Assembly (NCBI GenBank): GCA_964270895.1
Contig: OZ185443.1
From: Podarcis filfolensis
Lineage: Eukaryota
Length of the DNA stretch: 64,000 nt
Direction: 5' to 3' (one strand)
Below are positions 1 to 13,653 of this stretch, piece after piece. Numbering within the stretch: the first letter of the stretch is position 1; each line of letters opens with the position of its first letter. The notes under the pieces were generated by a model that did no database searches, was not told where the DNA came from, and worked only from the letters and a program-made list of their open reading frames with translations. Position numbers and translations under genes: made by a program.

Positions 1-1104
1 GCCTTCGCCACAGTGGCCCTGCTCTGACTGCACGTTCAGAGGCAGTAATGCTTCTGAATCCCAGTTGGGGTGAGGGCTCTTGGGCATGAATGCGGCTTGT
101 GGGTTTCCCACAAGAAGGATCTGGTTGGCCACTCTGAGAACAGGTTGCTGAACTAGATGTGTGCGCCCCCCCCCCCCAATTGGCCTGATCCAGCAGGGCT
201 CTACTTATGTTCTTATAGAAACTGGGAGGGGAAGGTGCCCTTGTTCTCAGGGCCCACCTGTGGGCCTCCCATTGTGACATTTGGTTGGCCACTGTAAACG
301 CATAATACTGGACGAGATGGGCCTTTGGACTGGTCCAGCAAGGCTCTTCAGTTCATTCAAGTCAAAGGATTCGTAACAATAGTAATCATTATTGATAGCA
401 GGGTATGATGTTAAAACAGCTTAATAATAATAATTATTTCCCCAGCGACTCTAGGCAGCTTGCAGCACATAAAAAATTGTAAAACATCAGACATAAAAAA
501 AATCCTGATATAGGGCTTAAAAGTGTTTCAGAGCAGGAATGACTTGGCCGTTTGGCCCTGAAGGCTAAAAAGAAGGAGCCCCTTGAGTTTTCAGCCACAA
601 GCCTGGCCTCTGCAACTGAAAAACCCTTGTCCTCTGTCCCAGCCAGCCACACTTCTGAAGGTAACAGGACAATGAGCAAGACCTCTGATCATCATTAATG
701 GCCAGCAAACTCATGGGAGAAGATGATCCTGCTAATAACCTGAGCCCAAACCACTCACAGGTTTACAGTTAGTCATCAGAGTCTGGAAACTAATTGGAAA
801 CCATCAGAGATCACATAAGATGCCTGAAGAACTGAATAAAATGTGAAGGAGGGAAAAAAAGTTAACTTTTATTTTTAACTTGACTAGTTGGTATTGTATC
901 CATTCTGGTTGCTCAGTTTACATATATTGTATTCATTCATTGTAGTGATATTTAATGTTCTAAAGTATTGAGAAAATACAAAGGAGTGGAAGCCAAGCCT
1001 TGGAATGGTGGTCAGTGTTATGATGCAAGAAAAAAAAAATCAGACTACAACAGCAAACTTTATCCCATCTTTTTCACTTTCATTTTGCAGTGATCAGGGA
1101 AAAT

Positions 1105-1268
1105 ATGGCTGCAGATTGGCTTGGAAGCATTGTCTCAATCAACTGTGGAGAGAGCTTGGGAGTCTATCAGGGAAGAGTGTCTGCTGTGGATCAGGTCAGC
1201 CAGACCATCTCCTTAAAGCGGCCTTTCCATAATGGTGTTAAATGTTTGGTACCAGAGGTCACCTTCAG
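1105..1268 (+). CDS. EDC3: EDC3 coding exon 1 (LSm domain)
   Basis: Acceptor ttttgcag ends at 1090, ATG at 1105, donor AG|gtaaat. Confidence 0.96.
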
Positions 1269-4200
1269 GTAAATGACCCCACCTGTCTGCTTTTTCTAGA
1301 CTCTGACCATTTAAGTGTTTGAGTGTTCGAGACCAACCATGAAAAACTGCCATGAGCTGGTGGGGGAGGGGGGCACTGCTGATATGTTGTTCACAACCAC
1401 ATTTTCTTATTCCCAGGATTCTGGCTGATGATGCCAAATCAGTACATAAACCAGGAGCTGAGGTGCTCTCAACCTCCAGGCCAGATTAGGCTCATCGCTG
1501 CCATGGTGCAGTTTCTCCACTGTATCTGCAATACCTCTGCCTTGCTGTCTTTTCTGTCTGTCTGTCTGTCTGCCTGCCTCACTTTCATATTCTCCACATT
1601 GCAATCCAGCTGTCACAAGAAGAAAATGAGAGGGAGAGAGACCTGGAGCCTGGCAGGTGCACATGCGTATGTAGGTCAGAAACCCAACCATGGAGCACGG
1701 TATCATTGGAAAAACCCTTTTAAGTGCTGTTGTCCATGCTCTGGCCCCAAGTCCATATGTTTCCTGCCTGGCTATCAGTCTCTCTCATTCTCTTTGCAAC
1801 AACTGGATTGTAAGTTGGGTGGGGGAAGAAACAACAACTTCTGATGCCTCTATAAACAGTGAAGACTTGCAGGGATTGTAGGGAATGATATGGGACCAGG
1901 AGGATTGTTACCAGCCCCTTTCATATGAATGGATGTAAGAGAGAATGAATGGATTATGTAGCAGCGGATGGGTGAAGTAAGTAACAGGGAAGGATTGGCT
2001 AAGACGCTGTCCACTTTGGCTTCAGCCCTGCCCACCACTGTCATGCAACCCCCGAAAGATAATCCCCAAGGAGCTTTGCTCCTACTCCAATGTAAAAAAC
2101 ATTTCTTTTTATTGGAACTTTTTTTTAAAAAATGGATACATATCACATTTGAAAAACTGGAGCCATCTCTTAAAAGATCTTGATATACTGGCTGGTAACT
2201 GGCTAGACAGTTAAAAACAAATCTTGGTGATGATACTTGCATGCCTTCTTGTTCATAGTAGTTGTTTTTCCCCTTTTTAGCAAACTCTTTTTAAAAATCT
2301 ACCGCAAACATACTGAATTTCCTTCGCACTAACAAGTGTGATGGTTGGGGGTGCAAAGATGTTCAATGAGCCAGATGCTTCTGGCTGATTCCTTGGATAC
2401 TGGTATCTACAGTTCCTCCTGGCAGCCCCCTGTGCTTGCTAGAGATCTTAAGTGAATTTTATCTCTCTTTTGTAACACTATGAATGTCACCCAATGCAGC
2501 TGAATGTTGGAAGATTCCAACTCTACAATTTTATAAGTCTTTTCTTAAATTGTGGCATCCAGAGCTGGACACAGGACTCCAGGTGTGGTCTGACCAACGC
2601 AGAACAGAGCGGGACTGTTACAGTGGTACCTCCAGATACGAACAGAATCCGTTCCGGAGCCCCGTTTGCATCTAGAATTAAACGTAACTAGCGACGGCGC
2701 GTCTGTGCACGCGCGCGTCGCTTTTCACTGCTTCTGCGCATGCGCGTTACATCATTTTGAGCGTCTGCACATGCGCAAGTGGCGAAACCCAGAAATAACG
2801 CGCTCCGTTACTTCCGGGTTAGAATCATAGAATCATAGAGTTGGAAGAGACCACAAGGGCCATCGAGTCCAACCCCCTGCCAAGCAGGAAACACCATCAG
2901 AGCACTCCTGACATATGGTTGTCAAGCCTCTGCTTAAAGACCTCCAAAGAAGGAGACTCCACCACACTCCTTGGCAGCAAATTCCACTGTCGAACAGCTC
3001 TTACTGTCAGGAAGTTCTTCCTAATGTTTAGGTGGAATCTTCTTTCTTGTAGTTTGGATCCATTGCTCCGTGTCCGCTTCTCTGGAGCAGCAGAAAACAA
3101 CCTTTCTCCCTCCTCTATGTGACATCCTTTTATATATTTGAACATGGCTATCATATCACCCCTTAACCTCCTCTTCTCCAGGCTAAACATGCCCAGCTCC
3201 CTTAGCCGTTCCTCATAAGGCATCGTTTCCAGGCCTTTGACCATTTTGGTTGCCCTCCTCTGGACACGTTCCAGTTGGTCAGTGTCCTTCTTGAACTGTG
3301 GTGCCCAGAACTGGACACAGTACTCCAGGTGAGGTCTGACCAGAGCAGAATACAGTGGCACTATTACTTCCCTTGATCTAGATGCTATACTCCTATTGAT
3401 GAAGCCCAGAATTGCATTGGCTTTTTTAGCTGCCACGTCACACTGTTGGCTCATGTCAAGTTTGTGGTCAACCAAGACTCCTAGATCCTTTTCACATGTA
3501 CTGCTCTCAAGCCAGGTGTCACCCATCCTGTATTTGTGCCTCTCATTTTTTTTGCCCAAGTGCAATACTTTACATTTCTCCCTGTTAAAATTCATCTTGT
3601 TTGTTTTGGCCCAGTTCTCTAATCTGTCAAGGTCGTTTTGAAGTGTGATCCTGTCCTCTGGGGTGTTAGCCACCCCTCCCAGTTTGGTGTCATCTGCAAA
3701 TTTGCAGAGGAGCGCAACTCGAACGCGCTCAACTCGAAGCGTATTCAACCCAAGGTATGACTGTACTTCCCTTTTTTGCTGCTGCGTCACACTGTTGACT
3801 CATGTTTAGCTTCTGATCTACGAAGGCCCCTAGATGTTTTTCACATGTACTACCAGCAAGCCAAGTGTCATCCTATCTTATATTTCTGCAGCGGGTTCTG
3901 CCTGCTTAAGTGTAGAGACTGACATTTGTCCCTATTGAAATTCATTTTGTTAGTTTTGGCCCAGTTCTCCCATCTTTTAAGGTCATATTGAAACCGGATC
4001 CTGTCTTCTCCAGCATTAGCAACCCCTTCCAGTTTGGTGTCATCTGCAAATTGGTTGAGCATCCTCCTCCTTCCTTCATCTAAGTTATTTATAAAGACAT
4101 TTAACAACATTGGGCCCAGAACACAATTTGTATTTGTATACAGTGGTACCTCGGGTTACAGACGCTTCAGGTTACAGACTCTGCCAACTCAGAAATAGTA

Positions 4201-7200
4201 CCTTGGGTTAATGACTTTGCTTCAAGATGAGAACAGAAATCGCACAATGGTGGCACATCTAATACATGTTAAATTTACAAAAGGCCACAATAACAAGTGT
4301 TCCTTGGTGAAATGAAATTTTTGTACCAAGAAGCAAAATTCTGTGGCAAGGTTTCTAAACTATTGTCATTAGAATGCTACAACTTGCTTAGTGTTTAGAC
4401 AGTTATTTCTCCATTGCCTGCATCTTGATTTTTTTTACCCCTATCTTTGCACTCCTAAGAACTGCAAACTTAGTAATATTAGAGAAAAGGAAAAAAGAAA
4501 GCTAATATACTGTGAATGATGAATTGGTTCCTCAGTACCTGTGCTGAGTGCCAGCACGAAATTCATACAACCCTTGTAATGCTCCACCGTCAATAATACC
4601 GAGCTGAATATACCAGTGTGATAGTCTGAAAGCTGAATTTTTAGACTGAAATGGAAGAAGTTGTTATACTTTTCGTTATTTTCCTCCACCCACTTGGATT
4701 TCTTCCTAATGTTTCATTTTTCACTTCAAATCTAATGAATGTGTCTAAAATTTCAGCTATGAAACTTCTATGATGATAGGCAACGTCCCACTGAATGCCA
4801 GTCACTGGGTGGAAACAACCAGCTCAGTTATTGTCTTCACACCTTGTTTCTGAGCTTCTCATGAGCCTCCTGTTCATCTGTGTGGGAAATGGGTGCTAGG
4901 CTGGATGGGCCTTTGGCTAGCAGGGCTCTTGTATCCTCTTTCTCCTTCCCTTCCTTCTTGTCCCCAAATATTAGAGTAGTTCTACCAGGGGGTATTGACT
5001 GTATGATATGATGTATTGATGTGCATAAAAAATTGCTAATAATTTTTCAGCATTTATAATATAACTGATGGCTTGATGAAGCCTGCTTATGTTTCATGAT
5101 GTGATCAATTTGAAAAACTGGCTCTTTTCTCATATCTGCTTAGCATATGCCAATTCCTGAAAATTTGATGGTACTTAGTTTTTTGCGGTTATTGCCTCTT
5201 GTGTAACTGAAGTATCTGTTGTTGCTGGCACCGCTTCTATCACATTTTTACACCTGCTAAACTTGTCAGCTAGCTGGTTTTGTGGTGCAATAGATCAGGG
5301 CTGGAGAAGCTGTCCAAGATGTTGCTGGACCCTTATCTCCTATCAGTGCTGGTTAACATGACCGTAGGTCTGGAATGATGGGAATTGGAGTATCCTGGTA
5401 TCTGGAGGATCACAGCTTCCCTATGCCTGATGTAGAGGTAAGCACTATTGCAAAATCACACCTTGTTTGGGCCTCTTCCTTTCGTTTAGGGCAGGTGACA
5501 TTACTGAACTGAAGATCCTGGAGATTCCAAGCCCTGGTGATAATGGGCAATGTGGAGACTTTCAGCACACTGACCTTTGTATTCCTGGCATTGGATGTCC
5601 AGGGGGTACCAGCCAGAATGGCCCAGGCAAATTGCTGAAGAAACCTGGTGCTTCTAGTAGTGCCCCACAGAATATCCCCAGGCGAACAGACGTTAAAAAC
5701 CAGGAGGTTGCCATTTCTCCCCAGCAGCAGCAATGCTCCAAGAGCTATATGGACCGGCACATGGAGTCCTTGAACCAATCCAAAGGCTTTCGCCGGAGGC
5801 ACAACTCATGTGAGTACATTGGCCACATAATACTCTTCTTTCTCTTTGTCCTGAGCATGCATTGTTACTGCCATTCTTGTACCCATTTCCCTATCTGGGA
5901 GCTGAAATGGGGCCTGCAAGCTGGAAGTACATTTAGAAATCAGGGTATGAAGTTTTGTTGCTTAAACTGTTTTTAATTCTGAACCTTAAATTGTTTTGTT
6001 TTGTTTTGTTTTGTTTTATTTTACAGTATTTTATTTTATTTTAATTGGTTAGGTTTATTTACCGCCCTTCATCAAAAGTTCTCAGGGTGATTTGCAAGAT
6101 AAAAATGCAAGATAAAAGCACAAATATTTAAACCAGAAGCAACAAAAAAATGACCCCCCCCCAAGCACATTTAAAATGTGTTGTTGTAATCTGCCTGGGG
6201 GGCTTCTGAAGAGCATATACTAAATTTAAAACAGTATAGAAATATATGAAAAGTAAAGGTAAAGGTACCCCTGCCCGTTCGGGCCAGTCTTGCCAGACTC
6301 TAGGGTTGTGCGCTCATCTCACTCTATAGGCCGGGAGCCAGCGCTGTCCGCAGACACTTCCGGGTCACGTGGCCAGCGTGACAAGCTGCATCTGGCGAGC
6401 CAGCGCAGCACACAGAACGCCGTTTACCTTCCCGCTGGTAAGCGGTCCCTATTGATCTACTTGCACCTGAAGGTGCTTTCGAACTGCTAGGTTGGCAGGC
6501 GCTGGGACCGAACGACGGGAGCGCACCCCGCCGCGGGGATTCGAACCGCCGACCATGCGATCGGCAAGTCCTAGGCGCTGAGGTTTTACCCACAGCGCCA
6601 CCCGCGTCCCTATAGAAATATATACAGATGCTCAAAAAGTGGGCTCTAGCATTGGCTTATGGGTAATCTGCTTTTACCTGCCAATGTTTGGGGAGGGTTA
6701 CAGAGCTTCCTTTCAGAGTAGCGTACTGACAGCTTCCAAAATTAGTGGTAACTCTTGTGCTCCCATTTCCTCTTCCTGGAATGGCATGAGTTTGATATAA
6801 TGGAGCACTCCAGCAAGGGAAGGGAGCCCCTTGCTGGCAAGACATGTTTTGACTTAACCTGCCAGATTCCAAAGATGTGTGCAGCTGTCCTGAAGCTGGG
6901 CATGTTAGCAAGGAAACAGGACCTCATCATGCTCATGCCCACCAGTCCCTCTTTTTTGTCTAGCCTTCCATCAGAAGAAGACTTGGGATTGCAGTACTCA
7001 GATAAGAAAAGGGAGCCTTCCCTTTGCTAGTGCACTCCAGCGGTCAGTCTGCCCACCTGTCTTCCAAAGGTGACTGAGCAGCTGTACCAAGACTCATTTA
7101 AAACATTCTGTCTGTCATTCTCTTTTGTGTCATGCCCCACCCCCAACATAAAAACCCCCACCCTGTTTCAAGTGCCGAGAGAAGGATTTAACAGCTGTGG

Positions 7201-10200
7201 GATGGAATAAGAGAAGGCAGTTCTGTGATAGGTTTGCCCATTCTGGCTGTAATGAAATGCCATTTGTGAAGCTAGGCCTGTTTTCTTGGCAGATGTCCTA
7301 GGACTCGTCCTGACATACTTGATGAGGCTTTTATGATGTCATCAACTTGACCATAAAGGCTCATTAACATTTGTCTTGTGGGCAAATAGTCATGCTCATA
7401 GTATTCCTGCTTGCAGGAGTGTTTGGTCTGCAGTGACTTAAGTGAGAAATGCCAGGTATCAGCTATTCATGTTTCATGCTCCTGTAAACGGCCGTGTAAT
7501 AGGTGACCGTAATGCCTTCAGAGCAATGGCTTTCATTACTTTAGTAACTGTCTTTTTGTTAATCCTTCACTTTGAAACTGCTCTTCCCTTTAACTTGAAT
7601 CTTACTTCTAGTCAATGCTTGAATGTTCCTTAACTGCAGCCAGCCACTGCAGATTATAGCCACAAATGTGTGTCTGTACCTACCTCTGCAAATGTGCCAA
7701 GCTGTGAAAACCAGATCTCGCTTCTTTAGTTTAAACTTGTTTGTCTCAGTCTTTCTAACTTGAAACACTTGCTTACTCTAGTTTCCTAATAAGTTCTATA
7801 AAACCGAGTTTGAAGGGAAGAAAATCTGGATCCCTTTATATGTTCTCTAAAAACCTCCCATCCATAGTTACTGTCAGCCAAATCAGAAAGGAAAGTTTAA
7901 CTTAACATTAAGTTTAGTTTAGCAAGATTACCTAGTGAGTGGGAGTGAAAATGCTTCACTGACAGTTTCCCTGTGTTCTGCCATTGCTGCAAATTAACCA
8001 CTTGTGGTAAAAAAACCTTTTGATCAAAGAGAACTCAGGAATGACTCTCATATTGAGCACCAAAGAAATGTGTTTATTCATGTTAGGGCTGTAACATGAC
8101 TGCCTTGAGGTGGTGCAAACATTAAGCCTAAACTATAACCTTGTAAATTAGTTTGCTCTAAGGACAGGTGAGGGGCAGTTAGGACAATGCAGGAAGGGAC
8201 ATAATTCACAGGGAGAATGTGTGCCTTAACCGCAAAGAATAAACAGATTTATTTCTTGGCATCTTTAGATAAAAGGATCTTTGGTAATCTATCTATCTAA
8301 GACCCCATAAAGCTGTTGCCAGTTAGAACAGCAGACACTGCACTAGGTGGAACAGTGACCTGGCTAATCTATGACAGCTTCTTATACTTATTCACTTCTC
8401 TTTGGTCCTGTGGTGAAAATAAGCAGTGTTTCTAGATCATCTCCTTTTTGAATCAAATCTTGCTTCTTTAGTTTAAACTTGTTTGCCCCAGTCTTTCTAA
8501 CTTGAAACACTTGCTTACTCTAGTTTCCTAATAAGCTCTATAAAACTGAGTTTGAAGGGAAGAAAATCTGGATCCCTTTATATGTTCTCTAAAAACCTCC
8601 CAGTCAGTGTTGGATGGATGGATCCTGTCTAGTTTCCCGACTATATTGCCCCCGTCAGGGTTGCCTAGCTTTCAAGGGAGAAAAACATTTAACAGGTTGT
8701 GGAGAGCACAAGCTATGCAAATATCCAAAGACTGGTTCAGCTGTTTTATTTGCCACCTGTACCTGCACTGTGCATCCTCGTTCTAGGTTAGAATCTTGGG
8801 CATGAGGTTAAATAGTCTAGAAGATGCTGGCTGTGAAAACCCAAGGAAGGTGATGGTGCAGTGTGGCTGAATGTTACTATTGCTGGAGGTGGTGCCCTGC
8901 ATTGAGTGAGCAGCTGTTGACCTTCAGATGCCCTGTAGCGTGCATGCTGAAGGCAGGGGCAAAGTTACCTCTTTATAATGCTTGTGCAAAAGGAATCAAT
9001 AAATAATAGCATTGGGGTTACACAACAATGAGTTGCGTGCAGGGCTGGTACTCCCTGCTTCAGACTGGGGTTGGCAGGGCAGCCTTGGAAAGGGTTTTGC
9101 AGGAAGGCAGGCGGCTTGCCAGAGGCTTCATGTGCCTGGCTTGTTGGCTGTAATGACTGAATCTGTCTGGGAGCCCTTGTTTACCTTTTCCAAGGGAGGG
9201 ACTCCTTGGCTGCTGGCAGGTGGCCAAACTGAATTCTCAGCTGTGCAGCATCTGACATTACAACCAACTGTTCTAGAGGTAAGCTAGTCCATAGAGGAGA
9301 TGCAAATGGCCCACTGAAGGCCAAGCCCCTGTGAAGTCTGCTTATCAGCCCATCTACTGTTTTGACTGTATTTAGCTTGGCTTAGAGGTTTTTTGTTGTC
9401 CCAGCATTTTGGCTGATTGCATTGTGCTGTGTGGAAGAGGCCCAGCTTTATTCACTCTTAGTGGTAGGCCTGCTGAGCATGTGCAGGCTACACTTGGAGT
9501 AGTGTAACATAGCCTTGGTTGGAACACCACATCACACACCTCTTGAAGTCCTGAGTGGTGTAGGAAGGTTGTAAGTGCTTGCTCAGAGCAGCCATTCCTT
9601 TTTCTGCCCACTGGATATAATAGTATTGGTAGGGCAGTTAATTGGTAGCTACTCACAGTGGATCCCTTGGTTTTGTGGCATAGCTCCCAGTTGTGAAAAG
9701 AGCATGCATCCTGTTTGTTAGATTACTCACTCCAATTGCTTTTCCTCATGTAGACCCAAAAGCTTCATGCAACCACCATCCCTGTCCACCTGTGTCAAAA
9801 ATATAAGCCCTTTCAGAGCTTGACTGGTCCTTCAGGGACGTAACAACATATTTATGGTGGCCGTTATGCAAGTGATGTCACTTTTGGTTGCAGCTGTCAG
9901 CAAGTTTTCAGAACTGGCTGTCAGGAGGGTGGATTACATGGCTGACCTCCACAATCACTGTGTATTTAACTCTGATGGAGCTGGAGCTTGGCCTTCATTC
10001 AGGATGTCTCATGGGAGCCCATAGAGAGTGTTCTGACTATTGTTTTTCCTGCTTTTGTGGCTTGTTTTGTTCTGTCAGCATTTAGACTCCTGGCAGGCTG
10101 TCCACCCATCCCCTTTGGAATTAGCCACTGTGGGTGTTTTTATGTCCTTGTTTTTTGAGGGGGTGACGGAGCTGTGAAGTAGAACACAGTTTATTTGCAG

Positions 10201-13200
10201 ATGAGTCTGGAAATATCTAAACACTCAGTTTGGAGCTGGCAGCAGCAGAGTATACAGGCAGCCCCCCCATTTACACAGGTGTTAAGTTCCGAGGCACCGC
10301 ATGCGTCTGAAATCATGTATTGAAACCCATTGAAAACACCTGCAAACATCCCACCCTGCTCTTTTAGTGATGTTTCAGTGTCGTCTTTATGATGTTTCTG
10401 GGTCACTTCTGGGTTCAGTGCGATGCATGTATACAGGCTTAGGCAAACTCAGCCCTCCAGAGGTTTTGGGACTACAACTCCCATCATCCGTAGCTAACAG
10501 GACCAGTGGTCAGAGATGATGGGAGTTGTAGTCCCAAAACATCTGGAGGGCGAAGTTTGCCTATGCCTGTACGTATACATAGTTGCACACATTTTGAATG
10601 CACGTAAACAGGGGGGCTGCATGATTGAGCTGACCTCTTTCTATCAGGTGCCTCCATGGGTGACTGTGCTTTGCTTTTCTGAACTCATGCTGTTGGATGA
10701 GGTAAGGGTGGAAATTTAGGGGTTGGAGAGACCAGGCAAGGTCTTCCTGGAAAACAAGTGTCAAACCGTTTCCTAGATGTCCATAACTTTTGGTTGGCCT
10801 TGGTAGCCAAGCCAAAACTTGAGTTTGCTAAGATCTTTCCCTGTCCCATTCCCCCATGTGAAGTTAGGGATAATCCCCTGCTCTTTTCCCATTTGAAAGT
10901 TGGTGCTAGAAAGAGTGGCAGTGGGCTTCTTGGTTTAGCTGTGTGCCGTCCATGTGCTCTAAATGTCTCTGGCAGTGACTCCCAGAGAGCCACTGGGAGA
11001 GCAAGACAATACAGAGCAACTGGGCAAGATCAACAGTTTTTCACTGATAATGTTTGAGTCATTCAGGCAGAGTGAACTATGTTCTGAAAGAAACAAGAAT
11101 AGGCTGGTCAGACAGACAAGTCTCATGCAGTGTTAGAAACTCTGATATATAAGCTAGGCGTCAAATAGCATCCTAAACCTAGGTTACGGTCCCCAGGAGG
11201 TTAGACTAGATGACCCTCGGGACCCTTCCAGTGCTACAATTCTATGATTTTGTGACACCAACTACATTGCCTGACTGTAGTTTGCTCTTAGAATAATTCA
11301 CATGTCCCTGTATGCAAGGAGAAACACACACGGTAGAAATGGAAATGGTGTAAGCTATAGACTAAGGCAGAGGTTTTTAAAATGTTGTCTGAGTTCCATT
11401 TGGGTGTCCTTTGGAAAGGTTGCAGAACAGTCAAATATCTCTGCACTCAGCCCTGCACTTACTTTCCTTGATGTGATGATAGAGGACTGAATTGTCAAAA
11501 GCTTAACAAGGCTCTAGCCCAGGCCTCATAATGCAGTGCTGGTTTTGATCATGATAGAAAAAAATGGGAAGGGGGAGCTCTTCTTCAAGGAAGAAGGGTA
11601 GGGGGATGCAGGGTGGCACCCACATGAAAAGTGGGTGGGGCCACCCTCAAACTACAGTTAAATGGACCTGGGGAAGCCGAGCCAAACCTGTGGCAGAGGT
11701 GTCTGTCCTCCAGTGCACCTCGAAAGAATGTGCCACCGCTGCCCTGGTCTACTGCCAGAGCCCAGCCTGGCCCTGCAATGGAGACGCGCTTCTCAGGGCG
11801 GCCTGGGTGGCCCAGCGTGGCTGTTTTGAGGCACCAACTGCCTCATGAGAGATGGGTGCGCAGGGCTGATCAAGCTTGGCAATGTAGGCCCAAGGACAAA
11901 CACGCTTTGCCCTCTTTCCTCCTAGGCATGTTTGCTTAGAAGTAATCCCCTCCATGTCCAGAAGAGCTTTCTTACCCTCACGAAAGTGTGCCTAGGATTG
12001 CAGCTTGTGCAGTAGCACAGAAGCACAGTTTGCTACCGTGCGAGCCAGTTAATTCTTGTGGGAGTACAGAAGAACAATACGTGCATCTGTTGCAGCACAT
12101 GAATCAGCTGGCTTGTTGAAGATGTCAGTTGCCAACCTGGTGCTCAGAAATCTACACCTGGTTACAGTTGGACCCACACCAGAAGAAAAATGCACCTGAC
12201 GCTTGGGAAATTTCAAACACTGGCCTTATGGGCAGTTTGAAACACAATGTGGTGGGTGGCTTTGCATCACTTGGCAAAATAGTCTAGAATCCATCTTGTG
12301 CAGTCAACAGTTTGTGTTCTTTGTTTTCATAAATATCTGCTTTCCTTGTTGACTAATCCTTGAATTGCCGTGTCCTTTACTTCAGGGTCCTCCAGTAGCC
12401 GCCATCCAAACCAGGTGACTCCAAAGAAGAGTGGTGTGAAGAATGGGCAGATGAAGAACAAAGACGATGAGTGTTTTGGGGACGACATTGAAGAAATCCC
12501 AGATACAGATTTTGATTTTGAAGGGAACCTGGCCCTCTTTGACAAGGCAGCTGTGTTTGAGGAGATTGACACTTACGAGAGGAAGAGTGGGACTCGCTCA
12601 AGAGGCACTCCAAACGAGAGATCTGCACGCTATCGCCATGATGAGAATATCTTGGAATCTGAGCCTATCGTGTATCGCAGAATCACTGTGCCCCAGGCAA
12701 GCAAAGAATTCTGCACTGGTATGCTGGCTTTTTAAAATTGAACACAGCGGCTTCTTTGAGGGATGATTTGAAAGGGAATGTCTGTTTAATACAAATGTGG
12801 CTGTTCTGGTTTTTATCTGTGCTGGGCCACTTGCTCTGTGCTGCACGGCCCTTTTTCTTTCATGGATTGGATCAAAAACACTCCGTCTCCCACATAGGTA
12901 GGTAAGCATGCAAAGATGTGTCTGTTTATGAGTGTTTGGCTTTAATATAGAACTTTCAGGGCTTCACATATATTCATGTAATCTTTACAGCAGCTCTACA
13001 GAGCAGGCCAGTAGCACCCCACATTGCAGGGGCTGAAGGGGCGTTGGCTGATGAAGAGGGATAGTGGGTTTGGATCAGGCCATGCCGTGACTTTCATGGC
13101 TGAGGTGAGACTTGAAGGACTGGCCTCTTGGTTCACAGGTCATGCCTTTAGCCACTGTGCTGCCCTAGCTTTTCCTTTTCTGGGCGTCCGTCCTTAAAAT

Positions 13201-13614
13201 ACTTGCATTCACTGCAACTTTACTGCCATAGTTGCTGCTCATATTTGGATTGGATTCAGCTGTTTTTGCCACCTTCTCTGAGCGAGGTTTGAATCCAGGT
13301 CTCCCTGGTTCTAGCCTGACAACTTTAGCTCACACTTTCCATATGTTGTTGGACTCCAACTCCCATCATCCCCAGCCAGTGGTCAGAAGGGATGGAAAAT
13401 GTACTCCAGCAACTTCTGGAGGGCACCAGGTATGCAGTGTGAGGGCAGGGTGCAATTGCTACACCATGCTGGCTGTCAGTGCTGGACCCAGACGCATCCC
13501 CAAACCCTGAACCTTGGTGACCCCCCAAACAGTTAGACAATGGTGACACTGACCTCCTTTGCAAGCTACTGGAAGGATTATTGCAGCCAAGCTAATGGAT
13601 GGATTATTGCAGCC

Positions 13615-13653
<39 letters not shown>

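Larger units (their letters stand above)
2545..4128 (-). mobile_element. Older CR1 fragment (pieces ~2545-2620 and 3766-4128) split by a MITE
   Basis: Diverged CR1 RT sequence that resumes exactly across the TA site (gggactgtta|cttccc). Confidence 0.8.

Noticed and set aside
2897-3790. 297-aa ORF as an intact reverse transcriptase gene
   Set aside because: It is a chimera reading from the old CR1 through a MITE half into a 5'-truncated CR1. The endonuclease and most of the RT are missing.
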